A DNA stretch of 64,000 nucleotides, taken from an uncultured Candidatus Rokubacteria bacterium. GTDB lineage: Bacteria; Methylomirabilota; Methylomirabilia; Rokubacteriales; CSP1-6. Of the stretch, positions 46,392-56,453 are shown one piece after another. Position 1 is the stretch's first letter, and each line of letters opens with the position of its first letter. Under the pieces are notes generated by a model. The model was not told the DNA's origin. It ran no database searches and saw only the letters and a program-made list of their open reading frames with translations. The stretch lies in assembly GCA_963762145.1 (NCBI GenBank), contig CAVXJS010000011.1:320001-384000 (forward strand), read 5' to 3'. The translations under genes were made by a program, and so were the position numbers.

Positions 46392-48386
46392 ATGGGGAGA
46401 GCGATGGCACCGAAAATTACCGAGACCGGGTTCGACGAGATCGTTCGGTCCGACCCTTCGGTCTGGGAGATCGAGACTTCGGGGGCGGGCCCGCAGGGTC
46501 GGCTGCCGCTGACCGCGGAGATGCTGCTCGAGAGCCCGAGCGGCGACATCTTCGGGCTCACCCAGAACGCGGGCATGGGCTGGGATCCGCGCGAGCTTGG
46601 CCGACCACAGTTCCTCATGCTCTCCACCCAGGGCGGCATCCGCGCGCCCGACGGCAAGCCGATCGCGCTCGGCTACCACACGGGACACTGGGAGATCGGG
46701 TTGCTCATGCAGGCGGCCGCCCAGGAGCTGGCCGCGCTCGGCGGCCTGCCGTTCGCCGGCTTCTGCTCGGACCCGTGCGACGGGCGCACCCAGGGCACGC
46801 CGGGCATGATGGACAGCCTGGCCTACCGCAACGACGCGGCGATGGTGCTGCGGCGGCTGGTCCGCTCGCTGCCCACGCGGCGGGGCGTGCTCGGCGTCGC
46901 CACGTGCGACAAGGGCCTGCCCGCGATGATGATGGCGCTGGCCGCGCTGCGCGATCTGCCCTGCGTGCTCGTGCCGGGCGGCGTGACGCTGCCGCCCACC
47001 GAGGGCGAGGACGCGGGGACCGTGCAGTCCATCGGGGCCCGGTTCGCGCACGGCGAGCTCACGCTGGAGCGGGCGGCCGACCTGGGCTGCCGCGCGTGCG
47101 GCTCGCCGGGCGGCGGCTGCCAGTTCCTCGGCACCGCGGCCACGTCCCAGGTCGTCGGCGAGGCGCTCGGGCTGTCGCTGCCGCACACCGCGCTCGCGCC
47201 CTCCGGGCAGCCGATCTGGCTCGACATGGCCCGGCGCTCGGCCCGCGCGTTGACGTCGCTCGCGGCCCGCGGCCTGACCACGCGCGACATCGTCACCGAC
47301 GCCGCGGTGCGGAACGCCATGATGGTGCACGCGGCGTTCGGCGGCTCGACGAATCTGCTGCTCCACCTGCCCGCGATCGCGCACGCCGCGGGGTTGCGTC
47401 GCCCCGTGGTGCAGGACTGGATCGACGTCAACCGGCAGGTGCCGCGGCTGGTGGACGTGCTGCCCAACGGGCCCCGCAACCATCCCACCGTGCGCGTGTT
47501 CCTGGCCGGCGGCGTGCCGGAGGTGATGCTGCACCTGCGCCGCCTGGGCCTGCTGGACGAGACCTGCCTGACCGTGACCGGGGAGGCGCTCGGCCGCGCG
47601 CTCGACTGGTGGGAGGGCTCCGAGCGGCGCACCGCGCTGCGCGAGCGGCTCATGCGGCAGGATGGGGTGGATCCGGACGACGTCATCATGGATCCGGAGC
47701 GGGCGCGCGCGCGCGGGCTCACGAGCACCGTGACCTTCCCGCGCGGCAACCTGGCCCCGGAGGGCGCGGTGATCAAGAGCACCGCGATCGATCCGTCGGT
47801 GGTGGATGCCGACGGCGTCTATCGCAAGACCGGCCCCGCCCGCGTGTTCACGACCGAGCGCGCCGCGATCGCGGCCATCAAGAGCACGGGGCCCGAGCGG
47901 ATCAAGCCGGGCGACGTGCTGGTGCTCATCTGCCGCGGGCCGCTCGGCGCGGGCATGGAGGAGATCTACCAGATCACCTCCGCGCTCAAGCACCTGTCCT
48001 GGGGCAAGCAGGTGGCGGTGCTGACCGACGCGCGCTTCTCCGGCGTCTCGACCGGTGCGTGCATCGGCCACGTCGGGCCCGAGGCGCTCGCGGGTGGACC
48101 CATCGGGCGGCTCCTGGAGGGGGATCTCGTGCAGATCGTGGTGGACCGGCTGCGGCTCGAGGGCAGCGTGGACCTGGTCGGCGCCGAGGGCCGGACGTTC
48201 GGGGCGGCGGAGGGCGCGCGGGTCCTCGCGGCGCGCGTCCCGCGGCCGGATCTCGCGCCGGACCCCGGCCTCCCCGACGACACGCGGCTCTGGGCCGCGC
48301 TGCAGCATGCGGGTGGCGGGGCCTGGGGCGGCTGTGTCTACGACGTGGATGCGATCGTGGCCGCGCTCAGGACTGGGTCACGGTGA
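46392..48386 (+). CDS. YjhG/YagF family D-xylonate dehydratase (IlvD/Edd superfamily)
   Basis: [77 protein letters not shown]. Start may be ATG 46404. Confidence 0.93.
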   Translation: MGRAMAPKITETGFDEIVRSDPSVWEIETSGAGPQGRLPLTAEMLLESPSGDIFGLTQNAGMGWDPRELGRPQFLMLSTQGGIRAPDGKPIALGYHTGHWEIGLLMQAAAQELAALGGLPFAGFCSDPCDGRTQGTPGMMDSLAYRNDAAMVLRRLVRSLPTRRGVLGVATCDKGLPAMMMALAALRDLPCVLVPGGVTLPPTEGEDAGTVQSIGARFAHGELTLERAADLGCRACGSPGGGCQFLGTAATSQVVGEALGLSLPHTALAPSGQPIWLDMARRSARALTSLAARGLTTRDIVTDAAVRNAMMVHAAFGGSTNLLLHLPAIAHAAGLRRPVVQDWIDVNRQVPRLVDVLPNGPRNHPTVRVFLAGGVPEVMLHLRRLGLLDETCLTVTGEALGRALDWWEGSERRTALRERLMRQDGVDPDDVIMDPERARARGLTSTVTFPRGNLAPEGAVIKSTAIDPSVVDADGVYRKTGPARVFTTERAAIAAIKSTGPERIKPGDVLVLICRGPLGAGMEEIYQITSALKHLSWGKQVAVLTDARFSGVSTGACIGHVGPEALAGGPIGRLLEGDLVQIVVDRLRLEGSVDLVGAEGRTFGAAEGARVLAARVPRPDLAPDPGLPDDTRLWAALQHAGGGAWGGCVYDVDAIVAALRTGSR

Positions 48387-48756
48387 CGACGAGGCCGATC
48401 GACGCCAGGATGTTGCCCACGCGCACGCACTCCGTCTCGGGGCCGACCTTCACCACCGCCTTGCCGGTATTGTGCACCTGCCACGCCAGCTCCCAGCCCC
48501 GCTCTTCCGAGCAGGCGATGGCCTTGATGAGCTGCTTCACCACTTCCTCGAACGTGTGGCAGTCGCAGTTGTGGAGCACGGTCATCCAGGGGGGCGCGAC
48601 CTGGACGTCGGTCGCGTCGAGCTCATCGACCTGCGGGCTCTCGGTAGTTTCGGCTTGCGACCGGGGGCTGTTGGCGTGCAACCGTGGGCTGTTGGCTTGC
48701 AACCGGAGCCTGTTGGCTTGCAACCGGGGGCTGTTGGCTTGCAACCGGGACTTCAT
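48367..48756 (-). CDS. clpS: ATP-dependent Clp protease adaptor ClpS with N-terminal heptapeptide repeats
   Basis: [17 protein letters not shown]...[12 protein letters not shown]...L...GL ClpS core. Confidence 0.82.
   Translation of the reverse strand: MKSRLQANSPRLQANRLRLQANSPRLHANSPRSQAETTESPQVDELDATDVQVAPPWMTVLHNCDCHTFEEVVKQLIKAIACSEERGWELAWQVHNTGKAVVKVGPETECVRVGNILASIGLVVTVTQS
48652..48750. repeat. 21-bp tandem repeat, about 4.7 copies, inside clpS
   Basis: Units GGCTTGCAACCGGGGGCTGTT with few substitutions, encoding RLQANSP repeats. Confidence 0.9.
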
Positions 48757-48827
48757 TACTTATCCGCTCGGCTCGCCTTCGGCTTCACCTCGCCATGCTA
48801 CTGCATCGCGCGAGGCCATGGCCCGCA

Positions 48828-50026
48828 CTACCCGATGACGCCGGTGGCGCGAAGGCGCGCGATGGTGCCGTCGCTGTAGCTCAGGATCTCGCGGAGGATC
48901 TCGTCCGTGTGCTCGCCGAGCCGGGGGGCTCGGGCGGGATGGCGGATCTCGCCTTCGGTGCGGACGGGGCTCCGGACTTCCTTCAGGGGCCCGAACTCGG
49001 GGTGCTCCACCTCCACGATCATATCGCGCGCCAGCACCTGCGGGTCGGCCAGGGCCTGGCGCACGTCGTTGACCGGCGCCGAGGGCACCCGGCCCCGGAG
49101 ACGGGCGAGCCAATCCTCGGTGGTCCGGGTGGTGAAGCGGGCCCGCAGGAGCGGCAGGAGCGTGTCCTTGTTCGCGAACCGGTCGCCGAAGGTGCGGAAG
49201 CGCGCGTCGTCGGCCAGCTCCGGGGCGCCGAGGATCTCCACCAGGTCGCGCCAGAACTTGTCCTTGTTGCAGAAGATCACGATCCAGCCGTCGCGGGTCG
49301 GGAAGTTCTGGGCCGGCACGAGGGTCTGGTGCGCCGAGCTCGCGGTGCGCTCCGCGATCCAGTCGCGGTTGAGCGTCCACACCGCGAAGTACGACAGCAT
49401 GCTGACCGCGGTGTCGAGCAGGGAGATGTCCACGTCCCGGCCCACCCCGGTGCGCTGGGCATCGAAGAGTCCCACCATCAGGCCGACCATCGCGGCGTAG
49501 CCGCCCGCGAAGTCGATCACCGAGACGCCGCACTTGCCCGGAGGGCCGTCGGGCTCGCCGGTCACCGCCATGTAGCCCGCGTAGCCCTGGACCAGGTAGT
49601 CGAAGGCGGGCTCGGCCGCGCGCGGACCGGTGCGCCCGTAGCCGGTGAGCGAGCAGCAGACTATGCGTGGCGTTCACCTCACGCAGGACGGCGTAGGTGA
49701 GGCCGAGCTTGTCGGGCAGGTCACCGCGCGCGTTGTTGAAGACCGCATCCGACACCCGGACGAGGTCGTGGAAGACCGCCTGGCCGTCGGGGTGCCGCAG
49801 GTTGAGCGACACCGAGCGCTTGCCGCGGTTGAACGACTGGAAGTAGGGCGAGTCGGCCTCACCCTGGAAGGGCGGGACGTAGCGGGCGCTGTCGCCGCCC
49901 ACCCCGGGATCCTCGATCTTGATGATGTCGGCGCCGAGGTCGGCCAGCATCTGGGTGCCGAACGGGCCGGCCCCGAACTGCGACACGGCCAGGATGCGCG
50001 ACGCCGTCGAGCGGGGGACGGGTCAT
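48828..50026 (-). CDS. CaiB/BaiF family III CoA-transferase (frameshifts)
   Basis: AGPFGTQMLADLGADIIKIE, FNRGKRSV, GYGRTGP, catalytic Asp region PAFDYLVQG, APRLGEHT. Confidence 0.92.
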
Positions 50027-50027
50027 G

Positions 50028-50511
50028 TCAGTAGGGGAGCCGGCCCTCGCCTAGCGTCGCGTGGTTCTTCCGGGGCACGAGCACGGCTCGGGTATAGGAG
50101 CACACGGTTTCGCCTCGCTGGTTGACGCCCTGGGTGTCGACGGTCACGATGCCGCGGTCGCCCTGGCGCGACTCCCGCAGCGCGAGCACGCGGCTCTTCG
50201 CGTAGAGCGTGTCGCCGATGAACGTCGGCTTCTCGTGCTTGAGCTCGGTCGACCTCGAGGTTCGCGATGGCGCGCCCCGAGACGTCGGCGACCGTCATGC
50301 CGATCACCACGCTGAAGACCAGCGGGCCCAGCACCACGCGCTGCCTGTGCTGGGTGTGGGTCTCGGCATAGTGCGCGTCCGAGTGGAGCGGGTGCTGGTT
50401 CATCGTGAGCAGCGCGAACCACGTGCAGTCCGCCTCGGTGATGGTGCGGCCGGGCCAGTGGGTGAACTCCTGGCCGACCGAGAAGTCTTCGAAGTAGCGG
50501 CCGTAGCTCAC
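50028..50511 (-). CDS. MaoC family (R)-hydratase (one frameshift)
   Basis: GRYFEDF..G...H.PGRTITEAD, MNQHPLH, PTFIGDTL, NQRGE. Confidence 0.9.
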
Positions 50512-52747
50512 GGGGCCTCGAGCCGGCGCGCCGCGAGCCGAGCGCCGCTCGCCCGCCTGGTCGCGCGGCCCGACCAGCAGGCGCGGCCGCGTCGCGGTAG
50601 TAGCGCTCGACAGGGAACTCGCTCGTGTACCCGTAGCCCCCGTGGATGCGCATGGACTCGAGCGTGACCATGTCGGCGGTCGTCGCCCGCGGCCACGGCG
50701 GGCCATCGGCGGCGCCCGCGTCGTCGCGCGCGTCGGCGTCGAGGCGCTCGGCCGCGCGCCCGGTCAGGAGGCGCGCCGCGGTGATCGCGGTCGCCATGTC
50801 GGCCAGCTTGAGCTGCACCGCCTGGTGCTGGCAGATCGGCTTGCCGAAGGTGGACCGCTGCTGGGAGTAGCGCAGCGCCGCCTCGAAGGCGGCCTGGGCC
50901 AGCCCCACCGCGGTGGCGGCGGCGCCCACATTGGTGACGGCCTCGAGCAGCGTCTCGCCGCCTTCGCGGAGCGCCGCCGGGGCGCCGAGGCGCACGCCGA
51001 CCAGGACCACGTCCGCCGCGCCGAGGCCGCGCAGGCCGACGGTGTCGGACGCGAGGCCCACGGTCAGGCCGGCCCGGCCCGACTCGACCATGAAGCACGC
51101 GGGCTCCCGCCGTTCTCCAGCGCGGCGTTGACCAGGAACAGCTTGGCCCGGCCCGCGTTCGGCACCACCGGCGCAGACCCGGTGAGGACCCAGTCCGTGC
51201 CCGCGCGGCGCGCCCCGATGGATGCCGCCCACCAGCGACGGCGGTCCACCGCTCGCCCCGCGTCATCGGGGGCAGCAGCCGCTCGCGGGCATCGCGCGGC
51301 ACGCTCCGCGCCACCGCGAGCGTCGCGGCGAGCTGGGCGGCGAGCCAGATGGCGAGGGCGGCCCAGCCGCGCGCGAGCTTCCTCCACGAGCATGGCCGCG
51401 GTGGTGAGCGGCAGGCCGAGCCCGCCGTGCTCGGCGCCGGCCAGGGCGCCGAGGATGCCGAGCTCGGCGAGCTGCGCCACCAGAGCCTCGGGATCGCGCC
51501 GGCCCTGGTCCTGCTCGGCCGCGACCGGCACGACGTCCTTCTCGACGAGCCTGCCGCACCGCCAGCACGAGCTGTTTCTGCTCGTCCGGGCTCGCCCTCG
51601 CGCGAGGTCAGCGCCCCCGGCCGCTCGCCGTAGCGCTCGAGCAGGTTCCGGCAGATGATGAGACGCTGGATCTCGTTGGTGCCCTCGCCGATGATCATGA
51701 GCGGCGCGTCGCGGTAGAGCCGCTCGATCAGGCCCGAGGCGAGCTGGCCGCGCACGCCTTCGATCTTCATGGCCTCCACCGCGACCGCCTGGGCCGCCTC
51801 CGAGGCGTAGAGCTTGGCCATGCCCGCCTCGAGATCGCACCGCTCGCCGCGGTCCTTCATGGCCGCGGCCCAGTAGGTGACGAGCCGAGCCGACTCCACG
51901 CGCGTGGCGATGTCCGCGAGGGCCGCGGGTGGCTCCGGCAGCGTGCGCGCCGCGCGCAGCGCCTCGTCGAGCGCCGCCTGGGCGACGCCCACCGCGCGCG
52001 CCGCGATGTTGATCCGTCCGGCCTCGAGCCCGGACATGACGTGCTTGAACCCGCGGCCCTCCACGCCGCCCACCAGGTTCGCGGCCGGGCAGGGGAAGGA
52101 GTCGAAAAACAGCTCCGCCGTATCCACGCCCTTGTAGCCGAGCTTGGCGATGGACTTGACGACCTCGAGACCGGGGGCGCCCTTCTCGACGATGAAGCAG
52201 GACATGCCGCGGTGACGGGGGACTCGGCGGGATCGGTCAGGGCGAGCAGCGCGAACGTGTTGCCCTCGCGGCCGTTGGTGACGAACATCTTGGACCCGGA
52301 GAGCAGGTAGCGGTCGCCGTCACGCCGGGCCACCGTGCGGATGGCCTGCACGTCGGAGCCGGCGTGGGGCTCGGTGAGGCAGAGGCCGCCACGCGCTTGC
52401 CCGCTCGCGAAGCGGGGCAGCAGGCGGAGCCGCTGCTCGTCGGTGCCGTGGTTGAGGACGATGAGCGCGGCCATGGTGTGGCTGTTGATGACGCCGGCGA
52501 GGGACATGAAGCCCCGGCAGAGCTCCTCGATGATCCGCGCATAGGTGGTGACGTCGAGGCCGAGGCCGCCGTAGTCGGCGGGCACCAGGGCGCCGAAGAG
52601 GCCGAGGCGCTTCATGCGGTCCACCAGCTCGTGCGGGTAGCGGTCGGCGTGCTCGAGGGCAGGGGCCGTTCCCATCACCTCCCGCTCCACGAACTCGCGG
52701 ACGGAGGCCACGATGGCGGGGGCGCGACTGGCGGTGCGTGGACTCAA
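50508..52747 (-). CDS. Tandem two-module acyl-CoA dehydrogenase (frameshifts)
   Basis: Module 1: CLTEPHAGSD, GSKMFVTNG, KLGYKG, GEGTNEIQR. Linker with no stop. Module 2: RSTFGKPICQHQAVQ, RIHGGYGY..EFPVERYYRDA. Confidence 0.8.
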
Positions 52748-52869
52748 GGAAACCTCGCGTCGAGACTAGCAAAGCCCGCGCGTTCATTGCAAGGCGTGCC
52801 CCTCCCCGGGGGGGCCGGGCCCGCGGCTTCTTACTTGGTCCGGGTTGCTTCGCCCGGTATGCTTGACGC

Positions 52870-53580
52870 ATGACTCTTACCGTCGCCAGCTACAACATTC
52901 ACAAGTGTGCAGGGCTCGACCGCCGCGTGGACCTCGACCGCATCGCCCAGGTGCTGGAGGAGATCGACGCCGATCTGGTGGGTGTCCAGGAAGTGTTCCA
53001 GCCTCAGGCCGTGAGCCTGGCCGAGCGCCTCGGCATGCAGGTCGCGATGAGCCCCACGCGGGAGCGGGACGGCCTGCCATACGGGAACGCGGTCCTCACC
53101 CGCCTGGCCATCCGCGGCAGCCGCACCTTCGACCTCTCGCGCCCCTCCCGCGAGCCACGGGGCGGCATCCGTCTGGATCTCGAGATGCCCGGCTCCGAGC
53201 GGGGCGAGGGACTCCTGCACGTCTTCAACGTCCACTTCGGCCTCAAGATCCGCGAGCGGGCCGAGCAGGTCCGCATGCTCGTCCGGGAGCACATCCTGCA
53301 CGACGAGCTGACCGGTCCGCGGATCGTCGTAGGCGATCTGAACGAGTGGTTTCCGGGCGCGGTCGGGCGCACCCTGCGCCGCGAGCTCAGCGGGCCGCGC
53401 ATCCGGCGCACGCATCCGGCGCCGCTGCCGATCTTCCCGCTCGACCGTATCTACTGGGACCGCGGTCTGGGCGCCGACGGCTTTCACGTGCACCGCAGCC
53501 GCCTGGCTCGCGTGGCGTCGGATCACCTGCCGGTGGTCGCGCGCCTGCGGCTCATCGTCGCGCACGCCCGCCCGGCATAG
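52870..53580 (+). CDS. Endonuclease/exonuclease/phosphatase family protein (YbhP-like)
   Basis: SYNIH, VQEV, GNAVL, NVHFG, GDLNE, LDRIY, SDHLP. Confidence 0.92.
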   Translation: MTLTVASYNIHKCAGLDRRVDLDRIAQVLEEIDADLVGVQEVFQPQAVSLAERLGMQVAMSPTRERDGLPYGNAVLTRLAIRGSRTFDLSRPSREPRGGIRLDLEMPGSERGEGLLHVFNVHFGLKIRERAEQVRMLVREHILHDELTGPRIVVGDLNEWFPGAVGRTLRRELSGPRIRRTHPAPLPIFPLDRIYWDRGLGADGFHVHRSRLARVASDHLPVVARLRLIVAHARPA

Positions 53581-53637
53581 CGACGGCCAGGGGATAACGA
53601 CGGCCAAGGGGTAACGACGGCCAAGAGGTAACGACGG
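53581..53637. repeat. 17-bp tandem direct repeat, about 3.3 copies
   Basis: CGACGGCCAGGGGATAA / CGACGGCCAAGGGGTAA / CGACGGCCAAGAGGTAA / CGACGG. Confidence 0.85.
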
Positions 53638-53713
53638 ATTGTTGCCTGAAGTGCCGCGCTTTGTATGCGAGCGGATCGGCGTAATCTTGCGCGGTCGAAG
53701 AATAGGACAAGGA

Positions 53714-53757
53714 GATCAATGACTTATCGAGTGCTGGCCGGTGGCAAGCGCCTTGCT
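53714..53757 (+). promoter_or_regulatory. Sigma-54 promoter with upstream IHF-like site
   Basis: GATCAA-TGAC-TTA (53714-53726) and TGGCAA-GCGCC-TTGCT (53742-53757). Confidence 0.65.
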
Positions 53758-53773
53758 CTCCTACAGGCCTGTC

Positions 53774-54232
53774 ATGGAAGAGCACGCGAGAGGGGAGCAC
53801 GTCGCGCTGATCGGGGCATCGCCCGCCACCTGGCAATCACCGGGGACGGAACCGGGGCCCACGCGCCTGCCTTCGCGGGCCCTGGTGGTGGACGATTCGC
53901 TGGTGGTCGCGGAGGTGGTGACCACGCTGCTGCGCCGTACGGGCTGGACGGTGGATGTGGCGACCAGCGTGGACGCGGCCCTCGAGCACGTGCGTGGCGT
54001 GCCCTACGACCTGGTGGTCTGCGACGTCTGCATGCCGGATGGCGGTGGGCCGGCCGTCTACTATGCGGCGACGACGCGGCGACCCGATCTGACCAACCGC
54101 TTCCTCTTCATCACCGGGAACGTGGACGACCCGGAGCCCTGGCGCTTCCTGGCCAAGATCCGCGCCCACGTGCTCGAGAAGCCCTTCACCGGCCGGGCCC
54201 TCCGGCACGCCCTGATCAAGGTCATCGCCTAG
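53774..54232 (+). CDS. Stand-alone response regulator receiver
   Basis: ALVVDDS, VVCDVCMP, FITG, EKPF. Confidence 0.88.
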   Translation: MEEHARGEHVALIGASPATWQSPGTEPGPTRLPSRALVVDDSLVVAEVVTTLLRRTGWTVDVATSVDAALEHVRGVPYDLVVCDVCMPDGGGPAVYYAATTRRPDLTNRFLFITGNVDDPEPWRFLAKIRAHVLEKPFTGRALRHALIKVIA

Positions 54233-54804
54233 CCCGGCCGCTCGTCGCGGCCCTTCTCCTGCTGTCGGCCCTCGCCGGCCCCGTCTGGGCTGGTGCCCCC
54301 ACCGAGCAGCTCCGCGCCTACACCGACCGGGTCGTCAAGATCCTGGAAGACCCCGCGCTCGACCAGGCGCAGCGCAAGACCGAGATCCGCGCGGTGGCGC
54401 TGGAGGCCTTCGACGTGGGCGAGGCGGCGCGCCGCGCCCTCGGGACGCACTGGTCCAAGCGCACCCCCGCGGAGCGCGAGGAGTTCGCCGGGCTGTTCCA
54501 GGGGCTGCTCGAGCGCGGCTATCTCTCGCGCATCGGTGAGTACGGCGGCGAGCGCGTGCAGTACGTGGCCGAGCGGGTGGACGGCGAGTTCGCCGTCGTG
54601 CGGGCCCAGATCGTCACCGCCAAGGGGACCCAGATCCCGATCGAGGCCCGCGTGGTGCGAAAGGGCGAGCGCTGGCTCATGTACGACGTGCTGATCGAGA
54701 ACGTGAGCCTGGTGGCGAGCTACCGCTCGCAGTTCGACCGCGTGATCCGCACCTCCTCCTACGAGGACCTGGTGCGTCGTCTCAAGGAGCGCGGGCAGCC
54801 CTAG
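54229..54804 (+). CDS. MlaC/Ttg2D family periplasmic lipid-binding protein (start unresolved)
   Basis: Signal-peptide-like LLLLSALAGPVWA; ALG.HW...TPAEREEF; YDVLIENVSLVASYRSQF. No canonical start codon nearby. Confidence 0.82.
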   Translation, partial: LARPLVAALLLLSALAGPVWAGAPTEQLRAYTDRVVKILEDPALDQAQRKTEIRAVALEAFDVGEAARRALGTHWSKRTPAEREEFAGLFQGLLERGYLSRIGEYGGERVQYVAERVDGEFAVVRAQIVTAKGTQIPIEARVVRKGERWLMYDVLIENVSLVASYRSQFDRVIRTSSYEDLVRRLKERGQP

Positions 54805-55343
54805 CCGCGCTCCCCGCGCGGGCGCTCCGTGAGGAGCGGCACCAGGAGGCTCACCGCCAGCTCCGCCTTCAGCCGGAGCTCCTCGTCCCGGTTGCCCGCG
54901 ACCGGGTGCGCGATCACCGCGAAGGGGTAGTCGGCCCGGCCGTTCGCCTCGGCCATCGCCCGGGCACTCGCCTCGAACCGGTCGGTGATGACCGCGACGG
55001 CGGGGATGCCGAGCCTTTCGGCGGACATGGCGTCGTGCAGACTGCACGACGAGCAGCTCCCTCAGTCTCCGATCGCGGAGATGATCGCGTCGGCGCCGCT
55101 CATCTCGCCGAGCATCTCCGCGGGCGCGGGGCGGCTCGAGTCGGGCTTGCGCCGGCGAATGAACTCCCGGACGCCGTACCGCGACGCGAGGATCCGCTCG
55201 ACGTGGTTGTAGAAGCCGGCCGTCCCGATCTTGGCGTTGTCGAGGAGGCCGACGACGGTGCCCTCCAGCCCTCGGAGCGGCGCGGCCAGGGTCATGGCGT
55301 CGCCCTCGGCGTCGAGTCGCGGATCCAGCACTCTCAGGCCCAT
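54801..55343 (-). CDS. UGSC family selenoprotein (180 aa with Sec read-through)
   Basis: Two track ORFs are in frame across the TGA at 55064-55062: LDPR...GLLDNAK...AIGD-U-GSCSSCSLHD...ERLGIP...HPV. Confidence 0.88.
55031..55051 (-). promoter_or_regulatory. Bacterial SECIS-like hairpin
   Basis: CGTCGTGCA-GTC-TGCACGACG, a perfect 9-bp stem; loop begins with G 19 nt after the TGA. Confidence 0.75.
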
Positions 55344-55355
55344 GGCTTCCCCTTA

Positions 55356-56390
55356 TCAGATCGTCTTGGTGACGGCGAGCGACTTGGCCCCGTACCACGG
55401 CGGCACCACGACTCCGAACCCCCCGGCCGGGCCTCCCGCGGCCACGATCAGCAGGTCGTCGGGCGACCGAAGCGCGGGGTACACCGTCTCCTCGTCCTTC
55501 CGCGCGGCCACCGCGCTCTTGCCGGCCGTGCGCCACTCGCCCCGGCGCACGCGGGCGGCCTCGAAGACGTAGGCACGGATGTCCGCCTTGCTCCACCCCG
55601 CGGCGCCGATCGTGTCGCGCTGCTGCTTGGCGATCACGAGGGCGTAGTTGCCGGCCCAGATGGAGTACGTGAGCATGTTGGCGCGGATGGCGGCCACGTA
55701 GGTATCGAGGATCTCCCGGGGATCGTGTGTCCACTCGTTCATGATCTGGTGCGGCGACTCCGCCGCGAGCACCGTCACCGCCGAGGCGCCCGCCGGCACG
55801 CCCCGCTCGGCCGCGAGCGACGGCCAGGGACTGTCCTCCTCGTCCTCGGCCACGCAGAAGGTGAACTTGCCGGGATGCCCGAGGGTCGACCGATCGAGCC
55901 GGCCGGGAACGCCGCCGAGCACGTTGATGATGAGCAGCCGGAGCGCCCGCCCGATCGTGGCGTTCGCCCGGCTGCCATTGGCGAGCACGTTGTGGGTCGC
56001 GTTCATCCCGATCGCGGTGCGGACCGGGCCGTTGACCACGACGAACGGGGCACTCCCGCCGGTACTCGCGGTGCACCCGTGTAGCCCGTACGCCGGCTCG
56101 CACACCGCCCGCACGAGCGCCATCACGACCGGCATGTACTCGGGGCGGCACCCGGCCATGACCGCGGCGATGGCCGTCTTCTCTGCGGTGATGCGCCGCC
56201 GCCGCACCGGCTCGACCCCGACGACGTCCCCCGCGCCGACGGTGGCCGCGTCGAGGAACCGCCGGACCAGCTCCTCGGTGGGCGGGACGATCGGCAACCC
56301 GTCCGTCCAGCCATTGCGCTGGAACAGCTCGTTCGCCTCGTGAGGGTCGGCCACGTCGTAGGCCGCCGACCGCAGCGCCTGCTCGGTCAT
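55356..56390 (-). CDS. Uncharacterised UGSC-associated protein (DGLPIVPPT family)
   Basis: GWTDGLPIVPPT, AVMAGC.PEY.PV, VNGP, RANATIGRALRL, TLGHPGK, IVAAGG. Confidence 0.82.
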   Translation of the reverse strand: MTEQALRSAAYDVADPHEANELFQRNGWTDGLPIVPPTEELVRRFLDAATVGAGDVVGVEPVRRRRITAEKTAIAAVMAGCRPEYMPVVMALVRAVCEPAYGLHGCTASTGGSAPFVVVNGPVRTAIGMNATHNVLANGSRANATIGRALRLLIINVLGGVPGRLDRSTLGHPGKFTFCVAEDEEDSPWPSLAAERGVPAGASAVTVLAAESPHQIMNEWTHDPREILDTYVAAIRANMLTYSIWAGNYALVIAKQQRDTIGAAGWSKADIRAYVFEAARVRRGEWRTAGKSAVAARKDEETVYPALRSPDDLLIVAAGGPAGGFGVVVPPWYGAKSLAVTKTI

Positions 56391-56453
56391 CGCGGAACGA
56401 ATGATGACACCGGGTGCCGCTCGACACCAGCCCGAAGCGCGACGTCGCCGAAG

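Noticed and set aside
48652-53637. Tandem repeats at 48652 and 53581 as CRISPR arrays
   Set aside because: The units are contiguous with no unique spacers, and no cas genes are present.
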